64,000 nt of DNA from Gammaproteobacteria bacterium (GCA_965223085.1 OZ244981.1:4550559-4614558), one strand, 5' to 3'; positions 7,288 to 16,924 are shown, counted from the stretch's first letter. A program made the numbers and translations. Notes: generated by a model from the sequence alone, not told the origin.

Positions 7288-8829
7288 ATGAATGAACAGT
7301 ATGCGCTTAAACACCCGTTTGGTGAGGAGAGCTGTGAGGCAGAACTTAAAATTCTGAAGTCGAATTACCAAAAATACTATTTCGACGAGACGCCGTTCAA
7401 CAGCGCATCACTAGACGAAGACTGCTACCTGATCGTGGGGCGTCGCGGAACGGGAAAAACTTCTTTAGCGCATCATTTTTCGTTTCAACAACAAATCCCT
7501 AACGCGCGCTGCATCGACATCGATGAGCCGGATGCTTATTCCAATGTGCTGACTAAAATCTCGAGGTTCTCCGCGGCTGATGCGAATATCGCAATCCCGC
7601 GAATAACGAAGATCTGGGAATATGTATTTTGGACGCTCATATTTAGCAAGTTCAAAAATGAGAGCCCGGAAATCAAAGCGGCGTGCATATCCACGGAGTC
7701 GAAGGGGTCGTTTTTTATAAAGAGCGTACTGACCCACATCATTAAACGTTTTCTGCCTGACGACTGCCAATTCTTATCCGAACAATTGGAAGATTTTATT
7801 TCTTCAAAAGCCGTTGAAGTTGCAAAGGAGAAAATGCTCGAGATCGCAGCCGAAACACCGGTGATCTTGGCTATGGATTCGCTGGAGAAATACGCGATCG
7901 ACAATCAAGACGTCATGATGTCGTTGGCAGCGCTGATTCAATGCTCGAGTAATTTTAACGTTGAATATTCTAGTCGCGGCATCCACGTTAAAACATTTGT
8001 ATCTGCGGAAGTCTTTCCGTACTTGACAGAAACAGCAATTGCTAACCCAATCAAGTACGTGCGCGATCCGGTTTTTATGCAGTGGCGCCCGAAGGACTTG
8101 ATGCGTTTGACATGCTGGCGATTCTTCTCTCACCTGAAGTCAAACAATCAACTGCATCCGCACGCAAAACACACGATCGATTGGTCCGACTACAATGATG
8201 TATTGGAAAACGTTTGGATCCCGTATTTCGGTGAGCATATTACGAACGGTACGGGGATCACGGAAAAAACCTTTCCTTATGTGTTGAGGCATACGCAAAT
8301 GCGTCCTCGTCAGATCGTGGTTTTGTGCAATGCCATCGCAAAACGCGCACAGAACGGCAAGTATTTTCCCTACTTCGGTGAAAGACCCGATGAACTGATC
8401 GATGTCGTAAACGCCACCGAGATCAGCCTTGCTAACGGTGTGATCAACGCATACTCCTCGGTCTATCCAAATGTCAACAAAATTCTCGATGCCCTTAGCG
8501 GCACACCGACCATTTTTCGCGGCAGTTGGCTCGATAAGATCGCAAAAAGGACGGCCTCGGAATGGCCGTTTGGCGATTATTCACCGACGCGCTTCCGTCA
8601 AATCGTCGCAGAGCTCGGCATCGTGGGGGTGATAAGAAAGTGGAGCGAAGATGCGCAAATCATTGAAGCGGATTTCGAATATACGATGGCAGACCGCTTA
8701 GCGGTTACTTCAGAAGACGAATGTGTGTTGCATCCTATGTTTTATCAAAAATTTCGCGCGGAAATTGAGCAACCCGCGATCGTCTATCCGTTTCCTAACC
8801 ACCCAGATTTTTCGCCGATTCGGAGTTGA
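7288..8829 (+). CDS. Stand-alone P-loop ATPase, Sll1717/FunZ-like
   Basis: 513 aa. N-terminal HPFG..E, Walker A GRRGTGKT, Walker B ILAMDSLE, W..KDL...CWRF, LRHTQMRPRQIV, LGIVG, C-terminal HPMF. GAGGG RBS. Visibly lower GC than its flanks. Confidence 0.7.
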   Translation: MNEQYALKHPFGEESCEAELKILKSNYQKYYFDETPFNSASLDEDCYLIVGRRGTGKTSLAHHFSFQQQIPNARCIDIDEPDAYSNVLTKISRFSAADANIAIPRITKIWEYVFWTLIFSKFKNESPEIKAACISTESKGSFFIKSVLTHIIKRFLPDDCQFLSEQLEDFISSKAVEVAKEKMLEIAAETPVILAMDSLEKYAIDNQDVMMSLAALIQCSSNFNVEYSSRGIHVKTFVSAEVFPYLTETAIANPIKYVRDPVFMQWRPKDLMRLTCWRFFSHLKSNNQLHPHAKHTIDWSDYNDVLENVWIPYFGEHITNGTGITEKTFPYVLRHTQMRPRQIVVLCNAIAKRAQNGKYFPYFGERPDELIDVVNATEISLANGVINAYSSVYPNVNKILDALSGTPTIFRGSWLDKIAKRTASEWPFGDYSPTRFRQIVAELGIVGVIRKWSEDAQIIEADFEYTMADRLAVTSEDECVLHPMFYQKFRAEIEQPAIVYPFPNHPDFSPIRS

Positions 8830-8930
8830 GCCGTGACGTTTGCGCCTACGGGCGTCGGGTTGCACGAAATCGAAAGTCGCGCGAGGCGCGCGTACTTTAT
8901 ACTGGACCGGCGGCATGACGTTAGTATTTC

Positions 8931-8958
8931 TCGTCACCCCCGCGTAAGCGGGGTCCAG
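8931..8958 (+). repeat. REP-like palindrome
   Basis: tcgtcacccccgcgtaagcggggtccag. Confidence 0.6.
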
Positions 8959-9044
8959 AAAAATCGCCTGGTTATGGGAGGTGCTCTCCAGGATGCCGGA
9001 GCGTCATGAAGGAAACCAAAAAGCGGAGTTTTTCGCCAATATTA

Positions 9045-9120
<76 letters not shown>

Positions 9121-9252
9121 ATAAACGCCTATGCTTGACGCCTGGGATCGTAACGGTAGCGGGCGGCTGGCGCCAGTGTTTTTACCTTACTCGATGCGCG
9201 TCTTTTTGTTTGGCATTGCAAGCGGCGCGTCGGGCCATAATAATCGTGCAGC

Positions 9253-10233
9253 ATGAATGCTCCTCATCGCGCTGCCGTGGCGGCCCCACAAAGTAACATA
9301 AGCCCTTTCCCACCCATTCGTCGCATGCTTTTGCGAACGCTGCAAGTCAATCTCGGCTACCGCTGCAACCAGGCCTGCGATCATTGTCACGTGGGAGCCG
9401 GGCCCAAACGAGCGGAGCAAATGAGCCCGGCCACGCTTGCAACAGTGACTGATTTCATCGCAGCCCATGAGCTGACTACGCTCGATATCACCGGGGGGGC
9501 GCCGGAGCTCCATCCGCACTTTAGACATCTCGTGACCACAGCCCGGGCACGCGGACTAGAAGTTATCGATCGCTGCAATTTGACCATTCTGCTTGAACCG
9601 GGCCAAGAAACTTTGGTTACGTTTTTAGCAGCGAACGGGGTTCATATCATCGCGTCCTTACCGTGTTACAGCAAAATGCGGGTTGATCAACAGCGTGGCA
9701 ACGGTGTCTTCGCGAAAAGCATCGAGGCATTACGGCGTTTGAACGAGCATGGTTATGGCGATGTCGAAAGCGGATTGTCGCTCGATTTGGTTCACAATCC
9801 CATCGGTGCGCAGTTGCCCGCTGCTCAGGCGGATCTACAAGCGGACTACAAGCGCGAGCTCGCGCAGTGTTATGGGGTAAATTTCAATCAGCTCCTGACC
9901 CTGACGAACATGCCGATTAATCGCTTCCGCCACGCGTTGGAACGTGACGGTGAACTTGAAACCTATATGCGCTTACTCATGAGGTCCTACGAAGCAGAGA
10001 ATCTCGCCCGTCTCATGTGTCTTGATACGGTGAGCGTCGATTGGCGTGGGCGGGTCTACGATTGCGATTTTAATCAAATGCTGGGCCTAGGTCTGGGTGG
10101 GACACATCGTGCGATGCGTCTTAAAGATCTTAGCGCGGATATGCTTACCGATCGGGCGATTGGGGTGGGCGATCACTGTTACGGTTGTACTGCCGGGCAA
10201 GGCAGCAGTTGCGGCGGTGCTTTGTCAGGGTAA
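9253..10233 (+). CDS. arsS: Arsenosugar-biosynthesis radical SAM protein (ArsS/DUF3641 family)
   Basis: LQVNLGYRCNQACDHCHV (CxxxCxxC), DITGGAPEL, DRCNLTIL, YDCDFNQML, HCYGCTAGQGSSCGGAL. Confidence 0.88.
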   Translation: MNAPHRAAVAAPQSNISPFPPIRRMLLRTLQVNLGYRCNQACDHCHVGAGPKRAEQMSPATLATVTDFIAAHELTTLDITGGAPELHPHFRHLVTTARARGLEVIDRCNLTILLEPGQETLVTFLAANGVHIIASLPCYSKMRVDQQRGNGVFAKSIEALRRLNEHGYGDVESGLSLDLVHNPIGAQLPAAQADLQADYKRELAQCYGVNFNQLLTLTNMPINRFRHALERDGELETYMRLLMRSYEAENLARLMCLDTVSVDWRGRVYDCDFNQMLGLGLGGTHRAMRLKDLSADMLTDRAIGVGDHCYGCTAGQGSSCGGALSG

Positions 10234-10266
10234 TCACCGTTTGACGGGGCGACGGGCCGGGCCCTC

Positions 10267-10295
10267 TCGTCATCCCCGCGCAGGCGGGGATCCAG
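10267..10295 (+). repeat. REP-like palindrome, best copy
   Basis: tcgtc-atcccc-gcgcaggc-ggggat-ccag. Confidence 0.7.
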
Positions 10296-10306
10296 CCGAC
10301 TATGCA

Positions 10307-10328
10307 CCGCGCGAGGCGCGGTTATTTT
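10307..10328 (+). terminator. Putative intrinsic terminator after arsS
   Basis: ccgcgc-gag-gcgcgg stem followed by ttatttt. Confidence 0.5.
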
Positions 10329-10355
10329 GTAAGCGCAAAGGGAACCGCATCTTGT

Positions 10356-11898
10356 TTAAGGCGATAAGTTTTGCTTGGCATTGATCCGGTTGGGCAACAG
10401 CGCTTCAATGTCGTCGACGGTCGCTGCCAGCGGCAGCTTCGTGAATACTTCGCGTAAGTAAGCGTAAGGCTCAAGCCCGTTCGCCTTCGCCGTCTCGATC
10501 AATGAATACAGATTCGCCGACGCGTTGACGCCGGCAACAGAGGTAGAGAAGAGCCACGCCTTGCGGCCCATCACAAAGGGCCGGATGGCGTTCTCGCAGA
10601 GATTGTTGTCAATCTCTAAGCGACCATCGTCCAAGTAACGCGTCAGCTTGTCCCATTGTTCGTGCAGGTAATGCAGCGCCTTGCCGAGGGCGCTTTTCGG
10701 CAGCACCTGGGGTAACGACGCATCAAGCCAAGCGCGCATCTCGGTGATAACCGGCGTCGCGTGTTCCAGCCGGTAGGTGTACCGTTCCTCAGGCGTCATG
10801 CTCCGCGCCCGCTTTTCCACTCGATAGAGTTTCTGGATGAGCGATAAACCACGCCATGCTTTACCCCGACGTTTCGTCTTGCCTTGCGCTTTCACCGCCT
10901 CATCGAATTTACGCCGCGCATGCGCCATACAACCGAGCTGCTTGAGTCCGTTAGTCAAAACCACCGCGTTATAGCCGTCGTAGCCATCGGTCTGCAGATA
11001 ACCCGAGTATCCCGCTAATAAGCGTTGCGGCACCGCACCACTGCGCGACGGATCGTAGTCGTACAAAATGATACGCCCATCGGGCGGTCCGCCACGTTGT
11101 ACCCATAAGTAGGACTTCGACTGCGCACGACGACCCTTCTCCTTATAAAACCTGGACAACCGTCTCATCCATCTGCACGATGTCGTAGTCCAACAGCCGG
11201 TCTCGCATCAGATTAATCAACGGCTGCACCAAGGTCCCGGCGCGGATCATCCAATTCGCCAAGGTCGACCGTGGGAGATCAACGCCAATCCGCTTTAGAA
11301 TCGCCTCTTGCCGATACAACGGCAAGGCATCCACGTACTTCGAGACCGTAACGTGCGCCAGCAAACCGGGGGAGGCCATGCTCTTCGGCACCGGTTGCAC
11401 CGGTAACGGCGCTAATCTGATGCATTGTCCGCAATCACAAGCATATTGCTTGCGAATGTGACGGATCACTTGGATCGTCGCTGGAATGATATCGAGCTGT
11501 TCGGAAACCACCTCGTTGATCTCGTTGAGGACGCGGCCATCGTGATCACACACGCGTTCGTTCTCAGGCAGCTCATGCACAACCTCGATACGCGGCAACC
11601 GCGCCGGCAAGGGTTTACCTCCGCCCTTGCTGCGGCGATGCGGTGAGATCTCAACAGTCTGTTCAGCTCCCTCATCGGCGTCAGGCGTTGACGTTGCCTC
11701 CGCTTCATCAAATAAGCGGATCTGATCGGGTGATAGCTGCTCACTGCGCGAGGCAAAACGCTTCGCCAACGCAAGCGCTAATTGCTCTTGGAGTAGGACA
11801 ACTTGCGAGTGCAACTGCTCGTTGCGAGCAGCGTGATCAACGACTAATGCCTTTAACGCTTCAACATCATCGGGCAACTATTCTAGCACGTTGACCAT
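10356..11898 (-). pseudogene. tnpC: IS66 DDE transposase TnpC with two lesions
   Basis: ATG 11898 MVNVLE*LPDD (TAG 11878-11880). A +1 T at about 11145 turns QVLKEKG into QVL*. Retains QTDGYDGY, CMAHARRKF, EIDNNLCENAIRP. Confidence 0.9.
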
Positions 11899-11933
11899 GC
11901 ATCACAGTATACCCGATGCGTTGATCTCAGTCG

Positions 11934-12290
11934 CTAAAAAACGCTCGAATAACTTAAAGAATGATGCGCTTGCAGGCGCGTAATATCGTAGCCGTCCAAC
12001 AACCAATGCAGTTGCTGCTCGGATAAACTAATCTCCGCACCCGGCCAACGCCGTGGCCATTTAAACTTCTCTTTCTCCAAGCGTTTGTACCATAGTGCGA
12101 AACCACTGCGATCCCAGTACAAAGCCTTCAACTTGTCGCGACTTCGATTACAGAACACAAACACTGCACCTGAGAACGCTGATACCGACATCGATTGTTC
12201 GACTATCAATGAGAGGCCATTGACTGCTTTGCGGAAATCAACGGGCTCCCGATGCAGATAAACCGCCGAAACCTCACGGAACATCTCCAT
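11934..12290 (-). CDS. tnpB: IS66 accessory protein TnpB
   Basis: VYLHREPVDFRKAVNGL...FVFCNRSRDKLKALYWDRSGFALWYKRLE. Confidence 0.92.
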   Translation of the reverse strand: MEMFREVSAVYLHREPVDFRKAVNGLSLIVEQSMSVSAFSGAVFVFCNRSRDKLKALYWDRSGFALWYKRLEKEKFKWPRRWPGAEISLSEQQLHWLLDGYDITRLQAHHSLSYSSVF

Positions 12291-12293
12291 CGG

Positions 12294-12593
12294 TCAATCT
12301 CGCAACGCAAGAAGTAACTGTGATACCCAGCGCGGCTCAATACCGAAGGGCAATTCTACCGTTGAACCGCCTTCACAACGAACTGTGACCCGGTCTACCG
12401 CGCTTGACCGCGAAACCGACACCGGCACGAAGGCGGCTTGCTTGTCCACGTTGTCCAAACAGAGCTGACTCCGGACGCGACAAAAATAATTGGCCGGAAC
12501 CCCTTGCTCGCGGCAGAACGCCGCTGCTGTCAATCCGCTCTCTCGCTGCGCTGTGATGAGCGCTTGCCATTCGGCTTTCGTGCGTCGTTTCAT
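12294..12593 (-). CDS. tnpA: IS66 accessory protein TnpA
   Basis: EWQALITAQRESGLTAAAFCREQG...FVPV; first gene of the IS66. Confidence 0.85.
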   Translation of the reverse strand: MKRRTKAEWQALITAQRESGLTAAAFCREQGVPANYFCRVRSQLCLDNVDKQAAFVPVSVSRSSAVDRVTVRCEGGSTVELPFGIEPRWVSQLLLALRD

Positions 12594-12967
12594 CGTCCGA
12601 TCTCCCGTCCATCAATAAACGGAGTCATTTACACTCCATACGAATTCCTGTGTAGAGCGGGGATTACGGGGCGCTTACGTTATTTTTCTACGGGGCCCCG
12701 CGTGCACGTTTAATTTATCGCCTATCGCAAGGCGGCTTGCAATAGGCGCCGCTACGCGCTGGCCTGCCTAGGGCAGGCCGAAGAAATCGTGCGGGACGAC
12801 GATGGCGGGGCGATTCTCCTCATTCCGCCCGCGTCGCTGTACCTTCGTCTTTGCATCGATCATTTCGCTTTAGCGCCGTACCCAAGTGGTGAAATATCTC
12901 GGCTAGTGGATGCCGGATCCGGCGACCGCACTTGACCCGATCGCCCGTAGCGTGTTTCTTATTGGGC

Positions 12968-13681
12968 GTGACTATCAGCGTCATCGTCCCGGTGCTCAAC
13001 GAAGCGCCGCGTCTCGCCGCGCAACTCGAACGTCTAGGCGCGTGGCGGGCGCGCGGCGCGCAAATTATCGTCGTCGACGGTGGCAGCACAGACAACACGT
13101 GTGAGCTGGCGGCGCCGCGCTGCGATGTTTTATTACGGGCTGAACGGGGTCGGGCTCGGCAAATGAATGCCGGCGCGGCGCATGCGACGGGTCGCTTAGT
13201 GGTGTTTCTGCACGCCGATGTGGCCGTCCCCGATAGCGCCGCGGTGGAACTGTTCGGGCATGCCGAGCGGCTTGCTGCCGCGCCCGAAGTACCGTTGTGG
13301 GGCCGATTTTCGGTGCGGCTGAGTGGCCACGGTGTCGCGTTCCGCATCATCGAGCGGGCCATGAATTTGCGTTCAAAGTGGACTGGGGTAGCAACCGGTG
13401 ATCAAACGTTGTTTGTCAGCACGGCACTGTTCGAGGCCAGTGGTGGGTTTCCGCAGATCGATCTTATGGAAGACGTCGCATTGACAAAAAAATTACGTCG
13501 TTATGCTCGGCCGCTGTGTTCGGGAACTTGCGTGACTGTGTCATCGCGGCGCTGGGAAGCATACGGGATCTGGTCAACGGTCGCGTTGATGTGGTATTTA
13601 CGCGCTGCGTATTTAATCGGCGTCGATCCGAAGCGTTTGCATGCACTTTACTATCACCGACGCAATGCGCGTGACGACTAA
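12968..13681 (+). CDS. TIGR04283-family GT2 glycosyltransferase (arsenosugar-associated)
   Basis: ISVIVPVLNE, VVDGGSTD, GRARQMNAGA, FLHAD, GDQTLFV, GGFPQIDLMED, SSRRWE. Start placed at GTG 12968. Confidence 0.85.
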   Translation: MTISVIVPVLNEAPRLAAQLERLGAWRARGAQIIVVDGGSTDNTCELAAPRCDVLLRAERGRARQMNAGAAHATGRLVVFLHADVAVPDSAAVELFGHAERLAAAPEVPLWGRFSVRLSGHGVAFRIIERAMNLRSKWTGVATGDQTLFVSTALFEASGGFPQIDLMEDVALTKKLRRYARPLCSGTCVTVSSRRWEAYGIWSTVALMWYLRAAYLIGVDPKRLHALYYHRRNARDD

Positions 13682-14279
13682 GCGCGCCAGCGCGGTAGCG
13701 GTGTTCGCGCGCGCGCCGCGCTTAGGGGCGGTGAAAACACGTTTGGAAACGACGCTCGGTACGGTTTCGACCCTTGCCGTCTATCGCCGCTTGCTCGCCC
13801 GCGCGCTCACATGCGCGGCGGCATCCCAAGCCGAGCATGCGTTTCTCTACGCGGCCCAGGCTAATGAGGTGGCGTATTTTGAGCGGCAACTCGAGCCGAC
13901 GCGGTGGCGTGTCGCGACGCAAACGGGCGCCGATTTAGGCGCACGCATGGCCAATTGTTTTGCTGAGTTGCTCGCTGCTCACCGCGCCGTCGTTGTGATC
14001 GGCTCCGACATTGCCGATATGCATAGTGATGACCTCAACGCCGCGTTTGCAGCCTTACAGGGCGATCATGAATGCGTGATCGGACCGAGCGCGGATGGAG
14101 GCTACTGGTTAATCGGTTTGCGCGCGCCACAGCCGAACTTGTTTTGCGACATCTCGTGGAGCTCGGCGACGGTCTATGCCGAAACGCGTACGCGGATCAC
14201 TGCGAGCGGGATGTCCTGTGCTGAAGTTGCGCTACGCCATGATATCGACGAAGCAGCCGACTTAGCGCATCTGCGGTGA
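13665..14279 (+). CDS. TIGR04282-family (DUF2064) glycosyltransferase-like protein
   Basis: VFARAPRLGAVKTRL, QTGADLGARM, VIGSD, IGPSADGGYWLIGL, DIDEAADL. Overlaps the previous gene. Confidence 0.85.
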   Translation: MRVTTKRASAVAVFARAPRLGAVKTRLETTLGTVSTLAVYRRLLARALTCAAASQAEHAFLYAAQANEVAYFERQLEPTRWRVATQTGADLGARMANCFAELLAAHRAVVVIGSDIADMHSDDLNAAFAALQGDHECVIGPSADGGYWLIGLRAPQPNLFCDISWSSATVYAETRTRITASGMSCAEVALRHDIDEAADLAHLR

Positions 14280-14299
14280 TGGATTATTTTACCTATGCT

Positions 14300-15028
14300 T
14301 TAGCGTAGACGTCGATAATGCCGGTCGAGCTCGGCGACCAGTGATTCGATCGTTCTCAGCGCAGCCGCATCGAGCCCGATAAATTGTGCGGCGAGCCGTT
14401 GCACGCGCCGTGCCGCTGGCGAATCGATGCGACTGGCATTGATTTTCGTAATGATGTGCTTAGCTTCGTCGAAGTCAATTCGCGCGAGCGCCGTGCGACC
14501 GGCGTATTGTCGCGGCTCTAGCGCGCCGTCTTGCAGGCGGGCACAAAAACCGCCCACCGAAATGTCGCGGATCTCGCCGCGCTTGCAGGTATCTCGATCG
14601 AACGTAACCGCGACTTCTAAGTTGCGTGCGAGCGGCACTGGCACGCGAAAATCCTGGCGGCGCTGAGAGTAATTTATGAACGCAGGGAATGGCACCCGGT
14701 AGTAGGGGATCCCATTTGTTTGCCCAACGCGGTCGATAATTGCACGAAACGCTACTTCAACGCCGTCGAGCGACGTGATGATATCGATGAGCGTGTGTTT
14801 CTTGAGGCGGCGCAGACCTTGCGAGGGTACGAGTTCATCGAGCACGATATACGGTTTGGTGCCGGCAACAACTTCGAGGATCGCGCTGCCGAAAGCACCA
14901 GCGGAACTATCGAGCGCGACGGTGAGCGGCACACGACGCGCCTGTAGCTCACAGAACAGGTGTTCCATTTGTGCTGGCGAATCGAGTTTAGTTACGTCGG
15001 TCTCGGTGTTTGCAGTACTCACCGCCAT
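14300..15028 (-). CDS. ycgR: Flagellar brake protein, YcgR/FlgZ type (PilZ domain)
   Basis: QRRQDFR (RxxxR) and DISVGG (DxSxxG) c-di-GMP motifs; lies downstream of flgN. Confidence 0.85.
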   Translation of the reverse strand: MAVSTANTETDVTKLDSPAQMEHLFCELQARRVPLTVALDSSAGAFGSAILEVVAGTKPYIVLDELVPSQGLRRLKKHTLIDIITSLDGVEVAFRAIIDRVGQTNGIPYYRVPFPAFINYSQRRQDFRVPVPLARNLEVAVTFDRDTCKRGEIRDISVGGFCARLQDGALEPRQYAGRTALARIDFDEAKHIITKINASRIDSPAARRVQRLAAQFIGLDAAALRTIESLVAELDRHYRRLR

Positions 15029-15095
15029 GGTGTTTTGAGATGTAGGTGCTCTTAACTCAAAAAATCCTTCGTCGTGATTTTATACGCATATTGAC

Positions 15096-15503
15096 TTAAA
15101 CGCTCGTATACGCTTTGCGGGTACCGTGCTGGTCGAGCCGACCGCGGGCATCGTAAGTGCGCTCACTCGGTCCGCTGCCCGACAGAATGTCGATCATCGA
15201 ATTTACAAAACCGCGACTCGCATCGATCGCCGCACCGTTGCGGCGATTGGCCTGTTGGCAGCGCTGGAGTCGTTCGCGTATGGCATCCCAGGCTGGGGTC
15301 TGCGGCACCGGATCATGATCACCACTGAGGCCCGCACGGCGTGCGGTTTGCTCCAGTGATTGTGCGAGCGTAGTTTTTGCCGCAATGGCGTCATCGAGAG
15401 CCACGGCGTCGCGTGTGCGCAACGCGTCGTACTCACGTGCTAAGGCGTCTTCGAAGCGCGTGAGTAGCGCCTCTAGCTCGACTAATAACGCCTCGTTATC
15501 CAT
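15096..15503 (-). CDS. flgN: Flagellar chaperone FlgN
   Basis: Helical 135 aa with CQQANRRNGAAI; follows flgM. Confidence 0.8.
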   Translation of the reverse strand: MDNEALLVELEALLTRFEDALAREYDALRTRDAVALDDAIAAKTTLAQSLEQTARRAGLSGDHDPVPQTPAWDAIRERLQRCQQANRRNGAAIDASRGFVNSMIDILSGSGPSERTYDARGRLDQHGTRKAYTSV

Positions 15504-15546
15504 TCAAGCATGGTCTTCATTGAGGGGGGCGGAGACTTGCTGTTCC

Positions 15547-15876
15547 TTAGCCTTGCGTGGTTTTCGGTGAGCCTGACAGCAGAGCTTCGAACTGCGTTAG
15601 CTTCTCAGCCACTGCGCGCGAATCGATCGCGTAGGAACCGTCTTCGATCGCGGCGCGAAAACTCGCCACTTTTTCTCGATCAACGGCGGGTAGATCCGCG
15701 ACTGCCTGAGTTAATGTTTGCAGGCGCGCCGCCAAATCCGTCAGCGTTACGACATCGGCTTGTTGACCGGCTGCCGCTGCGACACTATCCGCCGTATCTG
15801 CCTTGCCGACTTTAATCGACCGTTGATCTAGCGGTGTGACCACCGTCGATGTTGGACCTTTTACATTAGAGACCAT
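15547..15876 (-). CDS. flgM: Anti-sigma28 factor FlgM
   Basis: DVVTLTD...VDREKVASFRAAIEDGSYAIDSRAVAEKL. Confidence 0.9.
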   Translation of the reverse strand: MVSNVKGPTSTVVTPLDQRSIKVGKADTADSVAAAAGQQADVVTLTDLAARLQTLTQAVADLPAVDREKVASFRAAIEDGSYAIDSRAVAEKLTQFEALLSGSPKTTQG

Positions 15877-15905
15877 ATTGCTTCTCTCCAGTCATCCCAG
15901 CCGAG

Positions 15906-15932
15906 TTAACGGCATGACTTTACCGTGCTTGA
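15906..15932 (-). promoter_or_regulatory. sigma28 promoter of flgM
   Basis: Minus strand TCAAG-N14-GCCGTTAA, 30 nt before the flgM ATG. Confidence 0.7.
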
Positions 15933-16054
15933 AAATAGCTTGTGGAGATGTGACCTTGGCCAAATTCTCCACTTCGCGGGAACAGAGATCAAGCGAATAT
16001 CTGCTCCTTTATCCCACATGGATCACATTTATTGCCGGAAGTAATTCGCTTTTT

Positions 16055-16810
16055 TTAATGCACTTCTCGCCGGCTTGTGACTAACACTAGGCCGCGCGCA
16101 GCGACCTCTCCTTCGACAACGCGTTTAGAGCTTGCGTTCCTTACTGGGATTTGCTCGCCCAAGGCGCCATCACGCAAAGCAGTGCCCGTCATTTGAATGG
16201 CGACGCTGCCGCGCTCAAGCGCTAAAGTAACTTCTTCACCGCGTTTGACGAGGCGCTGTGGTTTTACCAGTACCCTATTGAGCTGGGTGCCCGCGTTAAT
16301 ATCACGGGTCAAGACTTGGCCTACGAGTTCTGCAACGGCCCCGAAATAACCCGCGCGTTGATTGACAACCAATCGTTGTTCCCTCCGCAAATCTTGTGCT
16401 TGTAGAACGTGGCCGCGCGTCAGTGCGGTAACGCTAACGACCATGCTGAGCCGTTTTTTCACGGTAACGGGAACGTATAAGGACCACGGTTTCGTGCCCT
16501 CACATTTCACGCCCACCGTGCTGTGGCCGAGGGCAGCGCTGCCGGGTGCAAAGTCCACAGCATACCGCGTATCGCAGCGCGGCAACCGCAGGCGTGGGTC
16601 GAGGCGTCCGACGGTGATTTCGGTCGCATCTCCTACAGTGCTCGCCGCCACGAAGTCGTTCACAGCGCTTTGAATATCGGCCAAGCGCTCGATATCTTGA
16701 GCGATTACCATGGACGGCCCGGTAAGCACAGCGGTGGTTAGGACAAGCAGCGCAAAACGCCGCGCTAGCGTTCGTCGTGGTCGGGGGTTTCGATGGCTTT
16801 TACGTTGCAT
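16055..16810 (-). CDS. flgA: P-ring chaperone FlgA
   Basis: LDPRLRLPRC, VGVKCEGTKPWSLYVPV, VKRGEEV, ALRDGALGEQIPVRNASSKRVV. Start moved to ATG 16810, downstream of a sigma54 site. Confidence 0.9.
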   Translation of the reverse strand: MQRKSHRNPRPRRTLARRFALLVLTTAVLTGPSMVIAQDIERLADIQSAVNDFVAASTVGDATEITVGRLDPRLRLPRCDTRYAVDFAPGSAALGHSTVGVKCEGTKPWSLYVPVTVKKRLSMVVSVTALTRGHVLQAQDLRREQRLVVNQRAGYFGAVAELVGQVLTRDINAGTQLNRVLVKPQRLVKRGEEVTLALERGSVAIQMTGTALRDGALGEQIPVRNASSKRVVEGEVAARGLVLVTSRREVH

Positions 16811-16847
16811 TGGGGCGCCTGCTCCAGTGTGTTCGTGAGCGAAAATA

Positions 16848-16863
16848 TGCAAGCAATGTGCCG
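16848..16863 (-). promoter_or_regulatory. sigma54 (-24/-12) promoter of flgA
   Basis: Minus strand CGGCAC-ATTGC-TTGCA. Confidence 0.7.
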
Positions 16864-16924
16864 CTTCATGCGGTCGTTGTGCGATTATCAGCAGCCCGCG
16901 TGCCATATCCGGCAGCCCATCTCT

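Larger units (their letters stand above)
4530..9044. mobile_element. Decayed genomic island abutting the 3' end of tRNA-Ala(CGC)
   Basis: Contains primase and XRE pseudogenes, a TA pair, an IS3 stub and a low-GC ATPase. Left edge truncates a gene; right edge is a tRNA 3' end. No integrase or att duplication found. Confidence 0.6.
10329..12678 (-). mobile_element. IS66-family insertion sequence, full length (2350 bp)
   Basis: GTAAGCGC terminal inverted repeats at 10329 and 12678. 8-bp target duplication GTTATTTT at 10321-10328 and 12679-12686. Gene order tnpA-tnpB-tnpC. Confidence 0.95.

Noticed and set aside
6858-7295. Short ORFs upstream of the ATPase as partner genes
   Set aside because: They translate through repeat sequence (LLDPDLRRNDG is the REP copy) and lack protein-like character.
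10200-10260. ArsS as a selenoprotein
   Set aside because: The C-terminal GSSCGG has TGC (Cys) and the gene ends in TAA, with no in-frame TGA.
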